A stretch of DNA of 64,000 nucleotides from Octopus sinensis (GCF_006345805.1 NC_043004.1:6448001-6512000); one strand, 5' to 3'. Numbered from the stretch's first letter, positions 21,481 to 33,399 are shown. Program-made: numbers and translations. Notes: generated by a model not told the origin, from the letters alone.

Positions 21481-24400
21481 CATCATCATCATCATCATCA
21501 TCATCATTTAGCGTCCGTTTTCCATGCTAGCATGGGTTGGACGGTTCTACTGGGGTCTGTGAAGCCAGAAGGCTTCATCAGGCCCAGTCAAATCTGGCAG
21601 TGTTTCTACGGCTGGATGCCCTTCCTAACGCCAACCACTCCGTGAGTGTAGTGGGTGCTTTTTACGTGCCACCCGCACTGGTGCCAGACAGAGCTGGCAA
21701 ACGGCCACGAACGGATGGTGCTTTTTATGTGCCACCGGAGGCTGGCAACGGACACGAAACGGGGCGGTGCTGGCAACGGTCGCGAAACGGAAAGTTCTCT
21801 TACATGCCACCGGCACTGGTAACACATCTGCAATTTCCATTGATCGATTTCGATTCTGATCCTCACTTGCCTCAATGGGTCTTCACAAGCAGAGTTTCGA
21901 CATGCCACCGGCACTGGTAGCACATCCGCAATTTCCATTGATCGATTTCGATTCTGATCCTCACTTGCCTCAACACGTCTTCACAAGTAGAGTTTTGTGC
22001 CAAGAAGGGAAGGTATGCATACGTAGGCTGGCTCCATCCCATGTAGAAGGCCACGGGTTGTGGACTCACTTGTCCTGCCGGGTCTTCTCGCGCACAGCAC
22101 ACTTCCAGAGGTCTCGGTCTCTAGTCATTTCCTCAGTGAGACCTAAAGTTCGAAGGTCGTGCTTCACCACCTCGTCCCAGGTTTTCCTGGGTCTGCCTCT
22201 TCCACAGGTTCCCTCAACCGCTAGGGTGTGGCACTTTTTCACACAACTATCTTCATCCATTCTCGCCACATGACCATACCAGCGCAAACGTCTCTCTTGC
22301 ACACCACAACTGATGCTTCTTAGGTCCAGCTTTTCTCTCAAGGTACTTACACTCTGCCGAGTGTGAGTACCGGCATTACACATCCATCGGAGCATACTGG
22401 CTTCATTTCTAGCGAGCTTACGCATATCCTCAGCAGTCACGGCCCATGTTTCACTGCCATGTAGCATGGCTGTTCGTACACACGCATCATACAGTCTGCC
22501 TTTCACTCTGTGCGAGAGGCCTTTTGTCACCAGCAGAGGTAAGAGCTCTCTGAACTTTGCCCAAGCTATTCTTACTCTAGCAGTTACACTTTCAGCACAC
22601 CCACCCCCGCTGCTGACTTGGTCACCTAGGTAACGGAAACTATCAACTATTTCTAGTGTTTCTCCCTGGAAAGTGACGGAAGTTGGTCTCAGAGCATTTT
22701 CAGTGTTTATTGTTCCTGAGCATCTGCCACATACAAAAACCATCTTCCTAGTTAGCCTTCCTTTGACATTGCTGCATCTCTTATGTGTCCATAGCTTACA
22801 CTTGGTGCATCTTATAGAGTTTCTACCTACACCTTTTCTACAGATCGAGCAGGGCCATCTACCTGAAGGTGTTTGTGATTTGTCTACCTTCCTACTGATT
22901 ACGACTGGTTTTAGCTAGATTGACTCTGAGGCCCTTCGATTCTAATCCTTGTTTCCACACCTGAAACTTCTCCTCCAGTTCTGATAGCGACTCAGCAATT
23001 AGAGCAAGGTCATCAGCATAGAGGAGCTCCCAAGGGCATCCTGTCTTGAATTCCTCCGTTATTGCCTGGAGGACTATGATAAATAGGAGGGGGCTGAGTA
23101 CTGAGCCTTGGTGGACCCCTACCTCTACCCGGAATTCTTCACTGTACTCATTTCCAACCCTCACCCTACTAGCGGCGTCCCTATACATGGCCTGCACAGC
23201 TCTCACTAACCATTCATCTATCCCTAGTTTTCTCATTGCCCACCAGATAAGGGATCGGGGGACCCTGTCGAAGGCTTTCTCCATGTCAACAAAAGCCAGG
23301 TACAGGGGCTTATCTTTGGCTAGGTATTTCTCCTGCAGCTGCCTTACCAGGAATATAGCATCAGTAGTACTTTTCCCTGGCACAAACCCAAACTGCATCT
23401 CATCTAAACTAACTCTCTCTCTAATTAGTTGGGCTATGACCCTCTCCGTAACCTTCATCACCTGGTCCAACAGCTTGATACCTCTGTAGTTATTTGTATC
23501 TAGGGCATCACCTTTACCTTTGTAGCAGTTGACTATTATACTGCTACACCAGTCATTGGGTATGACCCCTTTGTGTATCACCTGATTAACTATATGGGTG
23601 ACTAGGCTATAGCCGACACTACCAGACATTTTGAGCATCTCTGCAGTGATTCCTGATGGGCCTGGGGCTTTCCCTGTCTTCATGCTTCTAATTGCCTTAG
23701 CTACCACAGAACTATCAACTCGGATAGCTGGTCCCTCTGTTGGGTCAACATTCGGCAGACTCTCTTTATCCCATTCATTTTTCTTCAGCAGCACCTTTCA
23801 TAGTGGCATCTCCAAACCTCTCTCTTCGCATCCTCATTTAGCGCAAGTGAACCATCTTCCATGCGAACACACTTCTCTCCTACCACATCACGATTCTCTC
23901 TCAAACACTGTCTTGCAACACGAAACACCTCCAGTCTTTGGTCCTCACGGCGCAGAACATTGGCAAATTTTTTCTTATCTGCTTCCCCTCTGGCTAAATA
24001 AACCTGTCTCCTAGCTTCTCTTTTGGCAGTCTGATACAATTCCCTGCTACCCCCATTTTTCCAGACCTTCCAAGCCTGTCTCTTTTCTCTAATAGCCCTG
24101 TCTACAATATTGTTCCACCACCACGTTATTCTAGGTCGAGAGGGGACTTTGCACCAGCCACAGATCTGGTCAGTGGCTCTCAGCAGGTTGTCCCTTAGAA
24201 ACGTCCAGCTGTCTTCTACCCCCTGTGATGCTCTATCCCCTTCTACTTCGTCAGAGGCTTCAAGTAATATGTCCCTAAATCTCTGTCCATTTGCAGGATC
24301 TTTAAGCTTCCAGATCCTTCTTCTCCATATTTGTCGTCTTCTGGTTGTCCTCCTAGTCCTGATCCTAAAGTCACTAACTACCAGTCTATGTTGTGGGGTA

Positions 24401-24716
24401 CATTCTTCACCTGGAAGGTTTTGGCATTTATAAGCAGCCATCTCTCCCTTTGCCTTGTAAGGATGTAGTCAATTTGGCTGGTATGTTGGCCCGATTGGTA
24501 AGTGACTAGGTGGCTGGTAGGTTTCCTGAAGTTAGTGTTGCAAATCATAAGATTATTTGCATCGCAGAACTCCAGCAGCTGGTTCCCTCCTCGTTGCGGG
24601 AGCCATAGCCATAGCCTCCATGTACGCCATGGAAGCCCCCAGCATGTCGTCCAACGTGACCATTGAAGTCACCAGCCACAAAGATAAGGTCTCTGTCGTT
24701 CGTCAATGAGGTAGTC

Positions 24717-24718
<2 letters not shown>
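21481..24718 (-). mobile_element. 5'-truncated RTE-clade LINE (partial APE endonuclease, RT, PHD-like finger, C-terminus, 3'UTR, GAT tail) with frameshifts
   Basis: IFVAGDFNGHVG...RNEEG (EN), GKAPGPSG, NYRGIKLL, QFGFVPGKST, AFVDMEKAFDRV, GVHQGSVLSPLLF, LLYADDL, LRWYGHVARM, GRGRPRKTW. At least three frameshifts; 5' end abuts (TA)n. Confidence 0.95.
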
Positions 24719-24766
<48 letters not shown>

Positions 24767-24941
24767 TATCATCATTATCGTTTAATGTCTGTTTTCCATG
24801 CTAGCATGGGTTGGACGGTTTGACCGGGTTCTGGGAAGCCAGGAGCTGCACCAGGCTCCAGTCTGATCTGGCAGTGTGGAGCACCAGCATGACCACAGTC
24901 AAATGACTGAAACAAGAACATATATAATAATATATGTATAT

Positions 24942-24993
<52 letters not shown>

Positions 24994-25014
24994 TGGCTAT
25001 GTGGTAAGTAATTA

Positions 25015-25410
25015 AGGTGGCGAGCAGGCAGAGACATTAGTACGCCGGGCGAAATGCTTAGTGGTATTTCGTCTGCCGTTACATTCTGGTTGACTTTGCC
25101 TTTCATCCTTTCGGGGTTGATTACATAAGTACCAGTTATATGCTGGGGTTGATGTAATTGACTTAATCCCTTTGTCTATCCTTGTTTGTCCTCTCTGTGT
25201 TTAGCCCCTTGTGGGTAGTAAAGAAATAGGTATTTCATTTGCTGTTACGTTCTGAGTTCAAATTCTGCCGAGGTCAACTTTGCCTTTCATCCTTTCGGGA
25301 TCGATTAAATAAGTACCAGTTATACGCTAGGGTCGATGTAATTGACTTAATCCCTTTGTCTGTCCTTGTTTGTCTTCTCTATGTTTAGCCCCCTGTGGGC
25401 AATAAAGACA
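25015..25410 (+). mobile_element. Two head-to-tail SINE family B units
   Basis: ctttgcctttcatcctttcgggg...aagtaccag block occurs twice (about 25095 and 25278). Confidence 0.8.
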
Positions 25411-25419
25411 TAAATGGTG

Positions 25420-26220
25420 TGTGGTAAGAAGCTTGCTTCCCAACCACATGGTTCCAGGTTCAGTTCCACTGTGTTGAACCTTGGTCAAGTATCTTCTACT
25501 ATAGCTTCAGACCAACCAAAACCTTGTGAGTGGATTTGGTAGATGAAAACTGAAAAGAAGCCCATGATATACATGTGTGTGTATGTGTTTTGTGTCCATG
25601 TTTGTTCCCCCATCACAACTTGACAACCAGTGTTGGTGTGTTTACATCCCCATAACTTAACAGTTTGGCAAAAGAGACTGATAGAATAAGTGCTAGGCTT
25701 AAAACAAAATAAGTCCTGGGGTCGATTTATTCAACTAAAAAGAACCTTCAAGGCAGTGCTCCAGCATGACCACAGTCAACTGACTGAACAAGTAAAAGGA
25801 ATAAAAGAATATTATATATATATAGGCATAGGAGTGGCTGAGTGGTAAGTAGCTTGTTTACAAACTACGTGGTTCCAGGTTCAGTCCCACTGTGTGGCAC
25901 CTTGGGCAAGTGTTTTCTGCTATAGCCTTGGGTCGACCAAAGCCTTGTGAGTCGATTTAGTAGATGGAAACTGAAAGAAGCCCGTCGTATATACGTGTGT
26001 GTGTATATGTTTGTGTGTCTGTGTTTGTCCCCCCGACATCGCTAGACAACCAATGCTGGTGTATTTACATCACCGTAACTTAGCGGTTCAGCAAAAGAGA
26101 CCGATAGAAAAGTACTAGGCTTACAAAGAATAAGTCCTGGGGTCGATTTGCTTGACTAAAGTCAGTGCTCCACCATGGCCACAGTCAAATGACTGAAACA
26201 AGTAAAAAGAGTAAAGAGTA
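25420..26220 (+). mobile_element. Two consecutive SINE family A copies
   Basis: Heads at about 25420 and 25825; each ends ...gaaacaagtaaaa. Confidence 0.8.
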
Positions 26221-26229
26221 TATATAAGG

Positions 26230-27255
26230 AGAAATTTCCTGTGTGGGAGCAAGGCCTAGAATCAAAGGGCCTTAGAGTTAATATTGCAAAAACCTAAGTC
26301 TTAGTAAGTAGGAAAGCAGATGAATCTCAAATTCCTGCAGATAGTTGGCCCTGCTCGATCTGTAGAAAAGGTGTAGATATAAACTCCATAAGATGTACCC
26401 AGTGTAAGCTGTGGACACATTAGAGGTGCAGCAATATCAGACAGAGGTTAACAGGAAAAATAGTTTTTGTGTTTGGAAGGTGCACAGGTACAATAAACAC
26501 TATAAATGTGCAGAAAATAGACTCCATGAAATGCCAGTGAAGTAAGCTAGGGGTAGTTGGTAGTTTCCGTTATCTAGGTGACCAAGGTGGATGCTCCAAG
26601 AGTAGCTGTGAGAATAAGAATAGGCTGGGAAAAGTTCCTACCTCTGTTGGTAACAAAGGGCTTCTCTCTCAGAGTGAAAGGCATAGGCTGTGAGTACTGA
26701 GGACATATGTAGGCTTGAAAGAAATGAAGTTAATATGCTTCATTGGATGTGCAATGTGAGTGTGCATGTATGACAGTGTGTAAGCATCTTGAGAGAAAAG
26801 TTGGACATGAGGCATCAGATTTACCGTGCAAGGGAGACGACTGCATTGGTATGGTCATGTGAAGCGTATGGAAGAGGACAGCTGTGTAAAGAAGTGCCAA
26901 TCTCTAACTGTGGAGGGAACCTGTGGAAAAGGTAGTCTCAGGAAGACATGGGACCAGATGGTGAAGCATGATCTTCGAATGTTTGGCCTCATGGAGGTGA
27001 TGACAAGTGATCAAAACCTCTAATGATATGCTGTGTGTGAGAAGACTTGTCACGCTAAGTGATAATCATAGTTGTGGCTGTGTTGGTGTCATGTAAAAGC
27101 ACCCGTTACATTCCTGTAGTAGCCTATGTTAGGAAGGACATCCAGCCGTAGAAACCATACCAAATCAGACAGAGACCAGGTGCAGCTTATCAGCTCCAGT
27201 CAAACCGCCTAACCCATGCCAGCATGGAGAGTAGACGTTAAATGATGACGATGAT
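26230..27255 (+). mobile_element. Degenerate 5'-truncated RTE LINE (same family as 21481-24718)
   Basis: WEQGLESKGLRVN, WPCSICRKGV, RLHWYGHVKRM; ends gacgttaaatgatgacgatgat. Confidence 0.85.
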
Positions 27256-27829
27256 TATACACACACACGCACATGTGTATGTGTGCGTACGACGTGCTTC
27301 CACACATTTCCTCTGACGAAATTCACTCACAAGGTTTTGGTAGTCCTAGACTATAGTAAAAGACACTTGCTCAGGGGCCGCACAATGGACCGAATCTGAA
27401 ACCACGGGGTTGCAAAGTAAACTTATCAACTACACCACTATGTAGGGGACACAATGAGTAATATTTACTGCATTTTTAACTTTGAGAAAAAAGTATTTTT
27501 CACAAATGTTCACTTCCCAATAACAACTGTATCAGATAAGCAAATGACGATCTTTAAATACATAAAAAGTACTATAAGGTATTCAGAATACTATTTCCAC
27601 AACTGTGCTGATCAATTCTTACTCCTAATGACGATGCAACAGTATAAAATAATGAAAAATAAACTTGAGAAATAACGGGGGGGGGGGGATAGAAATTACT
27701 AATTTTGCCCCACATTTATATTATTGTTTCGTTGGATATTGTGAAGGTGAAGCGAATTGCAACTTGCAAATAAATGAAAAAATATCGTATGTATGTATAT
27801 AAATATATATGTGTGTGTGTGTGTATATA

Positions 27830-28190
27830 TAAGAGTGGCTGTGTGGTAAGTAGCTTGCTTACGAACCACATGGTTCCGGGTTCAGTCCCACTGCATGGCA
27901 CCTTAGGCAAGTGTCTTCTACTATAGCCTTTTGAGTGGATTTGGTGGACGGAAACTAAAAGAAGCCCGTCGTATATATGTATATATAAATATATATGTAT
28001 GTGTGCGTTTGTCCCCCCAACATCGCTTGACAACCGATGCTGGTGTGTTTATGTCCCCGTAACTTAGCGGTTCGGCAAAAGGGACAGATAGAATAAGTAC
28101 TAGACTTGGAAAGAATAAGTCCTCGGGTCGATTTGCTCGACTAAAGGCGGTGCTCCAGCATGGCTAGTCACATGACTGAAACAAGTAAAA
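27830..28190 (+). mobile_element. SINE family A, full-length, well preserved
   Basis: gagtggctgtgtggtaagtagcttgcttacgaaccacatggttccgggttcagtccc ... gaaacaagtaaaaga. Confidence 0.85.
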
Positions 28191-28217
28191 GATATATATA
28201 TATATCTTTATATATAT

Positions 28218-28259
<42 letters not shown>

Positions 28260-28269
<10 letters not shown>

Positions 28270-28417
28270 TCTATAGGTAACGCTGGCGCCAGATGGGGCA
28301 ATATCGCGAGATATTCGTCGAACTCATACAAGCATTTAAAAGAAAACCAGACAACGAATGATAAATACTTGTGTGCGCGGGTGCGCAGACGTGTGTGTTT
28401 GCGCGCGCGTATGTGAA

Positions 28418-28465
<48 letters not shown>

Positions 28466-28980
28466 TGTGTGCGCGTGTATTTGTGGAGATCTGTGAGTGT
28501 ACGTGTTATCTCTTTTGCTCGATGGCACTTAGCTGTCCCCGCCACCACTTCTGTTCAGTATAAATTGCATTGTGAAACTAGTTGACAATATAGGTCTGTT
28601 GAATGTAGTCCGGTCGATGTTAAGCAGGTGAGGCGGATGTGCTGAGCTGCGAATTACCTGATATTGTTCAACTTGTGACGACATGTTATTGTGTCTGTGT
28701 GTGCGCAAGTGATAGTAAAACAAGTATTATTTAACATGTAGGCGAGGTCAGTCGTCTTCGTGACAGGATCTTATAAATTTATATCAACTGCAGCAACAAT
28801 AATGATAGTTGTTACGAACTGTGTTCGAATCAGTAATCAGATATATCTATCAGCCACCTGCAGGCATTAGGATCAGGAACTTATTTGATAATAACAAACT
28901 GTTAAAAGAAACAGCCAAAGGAATATAATATAACTTCTAACCAACAGCAGAGCAGACGAATCATAAACTGGATATCCAAG
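28260..28980 (+). promoter_or_regulatory. Putative promoter/5'UTR of clarin-like exon B
   Basis: Locally CpG-rich unique DNA with a (GT)/(GA) tract, TATAAA motifs (about 28559 and 28771) and CAGGTG/CACCTG E-boxes upstream of the ATG. Confidence 0.4.
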
Positions 28981-29209
28981 ATGGAAAAGACAAAACGTTG
29001 CTATGTTCGAGTAACTCTGTTCTTTGTACTCGTTGCATTTGCGTGTCTTTTTGCCTCTCTAACAACGGATCACTGGGTGCAGGTTAATCCAGAAATTCAT
29101 GTAGGCAACGTGACTGCTAATAAAACAACAGCATACATATATTTTGGCCTCTTCTCGGGCAGTCGTAATCTTGATGTTGGGAATGGCGAGCGTATTAGAA
29201 GTCTCAAAG
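28981..29209 (+). CDS. CLRN: Clarin-family tetraspan membrane protein, first coding exon (copy B)
   Basis: MEKTKRCYVRVTLFFVLVAFACLFASLTTDHWV...NVT.NKT..YIYFGLFSG...GNGER. 32 identities to exon A by hand alignment; G|GTAAG phase-1 donor (GT at 29210-29211). Family-level call only. Confidence 0.8.
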
Positions 29210-30359
29210 GTAAGAAAACTGATTATTTTGCAATGGTGATCTCCGAGAAGTTCCTTTGATTAACGTCCTTTTTTATTCCTCTAGTTTTCTTGTTTCATCT
29301 CTTCTCATCTGTTCTCCCCACTCCTTTAGGAAATTCTGAACAAACCGAAATGAATTTCATAGAGTAAAAATTAATGTTGCAGTTTTAGTTTTAAGTGTTA
29401 CAAAGAGATTACTTTACTATAAACTTCTTTTATTGGTTGTGTCAGGGGAGAGTCGTTTTCTTTTTGTGTCTTATAATTTAACACACACATCGGTAAAAGT
29501 TCCACTTATTTCTTATTTTTATTGGAATGTCAGATAAATACATTCGATTTTGTCTCATTTTTCTACTTGACACTAAATCATCATGTTTGAAAAAAGGTAA
29601 AATTTACAGAAATTTCAGAAACGATGAACAAAAGTTGTTGAGAAAGAAGTGAGCTACAAAAAAAGTAAACCTATAAAATACTATGATAAAAAATAATGTG
29701 TTAATTCAAATAACATTGGTAAGAATTAAAATAAAACAGGAGGCGGGGGCCGAAAACTTTAAAGTGACAACCAAATACAATTCAATGAATGGGCGAAGGT
29801 ACGCCGAAAACAGGTGGTCTGCATATTCTTTACCTCCGCCAATGAATATTGGAAAATTTATTATTGTTGTCGATACTGGGTGGGTTACCAAGCCTGCAAT
29901 CAAACACCAAGTTCCGATAAATACACTTAATGAATTGTGTCTCTCGCATATGTTTTCACCTGTAACAACAGGCTATCACATTTGTGTTAACAAACAATTA
30001 TATTAAGCTTGAAACTTGTAAAATGAGTAGGAGAAAAATGCGTTTCTATATTATGTTTGGGATTTGTTGTGAGTCATCCCGGGTGTGTAAGGGAAGTTGA
30101 AATGAATCGGTTTTTTTTCTATTTTTTATTTGAATCAAACATATTTTTCTAGTTCCTATGTGTTTTCAAACAGTATTTGAAAATTATATTTGTTCCATGA
30201 ATACACACATGAAAATGGGGACACACACACAAAACATGCAGTTATACAGACTAAATCCTTTTATACGGGTACACGATGTCATTCACTCACACAACCTACC
30301 CTCATGACACAGATAAAGAGGCTAGGCTGAAAAAAGACGGTTAATGACGTTTTCTCCTG

Positions 30360-30810
30360 ATACCTATTTCTTTATTACCCACAAGAGGCTAAACACAGAG
30401 GGGACAAACAAGGACAGACATAAGTATTAAGTCGATTACATCGACCCCGAAAGGATGAAAGGCAAAGTCGACCTCGGCGGAATTTGAACGAACACGTAAC
30501 GACAGACGAAATACGGCTACGCATTTCGCCCGGCGTGCTAACATTTCTGCCAGCTCGCCGCCTTGTTTTCTCCTTATACATATTTCTTTACTACCCCACA
30601 AGGGGCTAAACACAGAGAGGACAAACAAGGACAGACAAACGGATTAAGTCGATTACATCGACCCCAGTGCGTGACTGGTACTTAATTTATCGACCCCGAA
30701 AGGATGAAAGGCAAAGTCGACCTCGGCGGAATTTGAACTCAGAACATAAAGACAGACGAAACCCCGCTAAGCATTTCGCCCGGCCTGCTAACGATTCGGC
30801 CAGCTCGCCG
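30360..30810 (-). mobile_element. Two SINE family B units in tandem
   Basis: cgaccccgaaaggatgaaaggcaaagtcgacctcggcggaatttgaac occurs twice (about 30442 and 30691). Confidence 0.85.
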
Positions 30811-30910
30811 CCTTGTTTTCTCCTTATACCGACATCCGTATACCTGTACCGAAGGATCACCTACACAAACAGACGCATGTGCGTACACGCACATACATAT
30901 ACATGTTACG

Positions 30911-30949
<39 letters not shown>

Positions 30950-30964
<15 letters not shown>

Positions 30965-31312
30965 AACGGCAGTTTGTCTGTGTGTCTGTTTGGTTGTACC
31001 CTCACCCTGACCACGGCTTTCAACCAATTCTGATGAAACTTGACACACACATAGCCCAATGTCATAATTCAAAACTAACGCAGCGAAAATTTTGAAAAGT
31101 TCCCCCAGTTCTGAAAAAAATCGATAAATTCGACATGGGGTCGAGAATCAGAAACACAAACCACAGACTGTCTGGGGGGACGCAACTCGACCTTTTTAAC
31201 TAAAAAAAATTTACAATCATTTTTTTTTTCCATTTTTTGGCTATAACTCTCTAAAAATGCTTTATAGTTATTTCCCTTACAAACCCGAGCAACGCCGGGC
31301 GATACTGCTAGT
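30950..31312 (-). mobile_element. Non-autonomous Helitron/Helentron-type element
   Basis: Reverse complement of 12423-12807 at high identity. Confidence 0.65.
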
Positions 31313-31325
31313 ATATATATATAGT

Positions 31326-31625
31326 GAAGGCGCATGGCTCAGTGATTAGAGCATCAAACTTACAATCGTGGGGTTGTAAATTCGATTCCCAGACCGGGCT
31401 GTTTGTTGTGTTCTTGAGCAAAATACTTTATTTCATGTTGTTCTAGTTCACTCAGCTGTAGGAATGGGTTGCAAGTTACTGCTGCCAAGTTCTATCAGCT
31501 TTTGCCTTTCCCTTGGACAACATGGGAGACTGCTGGTCTTCCATAAATAACCTTGCCTGAGCTTGTACCTCAAAGAGGAACCTCCTAGGTGCAATCCCAT
31601 GGTCATTTGTGACTGAAGGGAGTCT
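31326..31625 (+). mobile_element. tRNA-derived SINE family C
   Basis: gaaggcgcatggctcagtgattagag (A box), aaattcgattccc (B box); body matches 47831-48118 in reverse. Confidence 0.8.
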
Positions 31626-31634
31626 AAGACTAAG

Positions 31635-31900
31635 ATCATCATCATCGTTTAACGTCCGTTTTCCATGCTGGCATGGGTTGGACGGTTTGACTGAGGTCTG
31701 GAAAGCCAGTGGCTGCATTAGGCTCCAATCTGATCTGGCAAGGTTTCTACAGCTGGATGCCCTTCCTAACGCCAACCACCCTGAGAGTGTAGTGGGTGTT
31801 TTTTACATGCCGCCAGCACAACAGCCAGTCAAGTGGGCCTGGCATCGATCACATTCAGATAGTGCTTTTTTTACATAGCACCAGCACGGGAGCCAGTCAT
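31635..31900 (-). mobile_element. RTE LINE 3'UTR fragment
   Basis: catcatcatcgtttaacgtccgttttccatgctggc. Confidence 0.8.
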
Positions 31901-32058
31901 ATATCTCTTATGATAAAAGGCAGATTTTCTCTGCCTGTTCCCATGTTCCTTTTTAATACAATTCTACAATATAGAATTTCTTCAATTGGAACTCACTCCA
32001 CTCACAAATTACTATATATATTTTTCTAGCAACTCTCTCTTCTTTATGTATGTATGAA

Positions 32059-32100
<42 letters not shown>

Positions 32101-32103
<3 letters not shown>

Positions 32104-33345
32104 TTGCGGCCAAAATGTTCAGAACGGCATTGTTTTCGTCAGAAAAGTAGATATAAGTTTTTATCAAAGTTGTTTTATATTCTATAATTTTCACAGACAA
32201 TAAATACGATATTATTTGTTATTGTCTGAGATTTTGATGTAATTTGAGAGGATAATAAAAAAGTTATGGATGATTTAGTGATTTACTGCAAAACCCATGG
32301 CGGCCAAAATGATCAGAATGGTTGCTTTTACTCCATGTTTTAGTATATTTAACCGTCGAACTCTAATGTTTTGAATTTGTTTACGTGACAGTTTGTTTAC
32401 TAAACATTAGTAAGAATATCTGCAGTGTACTTTGTTAATATAACGCCACTTACTCCGTTACCAATTCGTCTGCAGATTATTAAGCTTCGAAAGAAGGGTA
32501 ATTTAAGTATTAGGTCTATTGCAAAGATTGTTATTAGGTCTATTGCAAAGATTGTTAACAAGTCAAAAAGTGTTGTTCACGGTATTCTTAAGGTCTATGA
32601 TGGTTCGTGTGAAGATAGAAAGTCTACAGGTAGGCCAAGAAAAACGACCAAGAGAGAAGATCGTGCTATGGTAAAGTTGGTTAAAAAGGACAGATTTAAA
32701 ACTGCTGCTGCTGTTTTTCGGGAAATGAGCATTGTACTGAAGAAAACTTTATCTCGAAAAACTGTGTCTCGTCGTTTAGTTGAACATGACCTACAAGCAA
32801 GAGCACCTGCAGTGAAGCCACTGATCAGCTCCAAGAATAAAAAGTGTCGTCTTACCTTTGCAACCGAACATGTGTTGTGGTTTCAAGAAAAATGGCAAAC
32901 GGTGCATTTCAGTGATGAATCTAAGTCTATGTTATTTGGCTCAGATGGGAAAAGGTACGTTCATCGAAAAGTAGGTGAAAAATTGTCACCTAAATGCCTT
33001 AAGACTAGTGTTAAATTCGGTGAAGGAAGTGTCATGGTTTGGGGGATGATATCTGGAGATGTTGTGGGCCCTTTGCTGCGATTACATGGAAAGGTAAATG
33101 CAGGAGTTTATAAACAACTTGTAAAAGATCATGTCTTGCCTGTGCTGAGAAATTCAACTAAGCGACCACCCATATTCATGCAGGACAATGCCCCATGTCA
33201 CAAGACTAAGGTGGTCATGAACTTCCTCAAGGCTGAAAAGGTTATTGTTATGGATTGGCCTGCTCAAAGCCCAGACCTCAATCCTATTGAAAATGTGTGG
33301 AATATTCTAGGAGAACGTTTGAAAGCCAGAAATCCTAAAACAACC
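32101..33345 (+). mobile_element. Tc1-family (DD34E) transposon, left IR/DR end intact, 3' end missing
   Basis: TA-cagttgcggccaaaatgttcagaacgg with an inner direct repeat at 32299-32321. The sequence switches to RTE-derived DNA after about 33345. Confidence 0.9.
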
Positions 33346-33381
33346 GATCCAATAGGATCTAACAGAAGGATCAACTATTAA
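32425..33381 (+). CDS. Tc1 transposase ORF (open through the D,D34E triad; C-terminus truncated)
   Basis: GRPRKTT, VHFSDESK, KFGEGSVMVWG, FMQDNAPCH, WPAQSPDLNPIE; 34 residues between the second D and the E. True start codon uncertain. Confidence 0.8.
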   Translation: MYFVNITPLTPLPIRLQIIKLRKKGNLSIRSIAKIVIRSIAKIVNKSKSVVHGILKVYDGSCEDRKSTGRPRKTTKREDRAMVKLVKKDRFKTAAAVFREMSIVLKKTLSRKTVSRRLVEHDLQARAPAVKPLISSKNKKCRLTFATEHVLWFQEKWQTVHFSDESKSMLFGSDGKRYVHRKVGEKLSPKCLKTSVKFGEGSVMVWGMISGDVVGPLLRLHGKVNAGVYKQLVKDHVLPVLRNSTKRPPIFMQDNAPCHKTKVVMNFLKAEKVIVMDWPAQSPDLNPIENVWNILGERLKARNPKTTDPIGSNRRINY

Positions 33382-33399
33382 GATTGACTGCTGTTTGGT

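Noticed and set aside
23046-24433. Plus-strand ORFs of 107-147 aa, and minus-strand ORFs within 55514-59324
   Set aside because: Antisense shadows of the LINE coding sequences.
29683-30006. 107-aa ORF in the first intron of clarin B
   Set aside because: No recognisable motif and AT-rich intronic composition; may be regulatory DNA but unsupported as a CDS.
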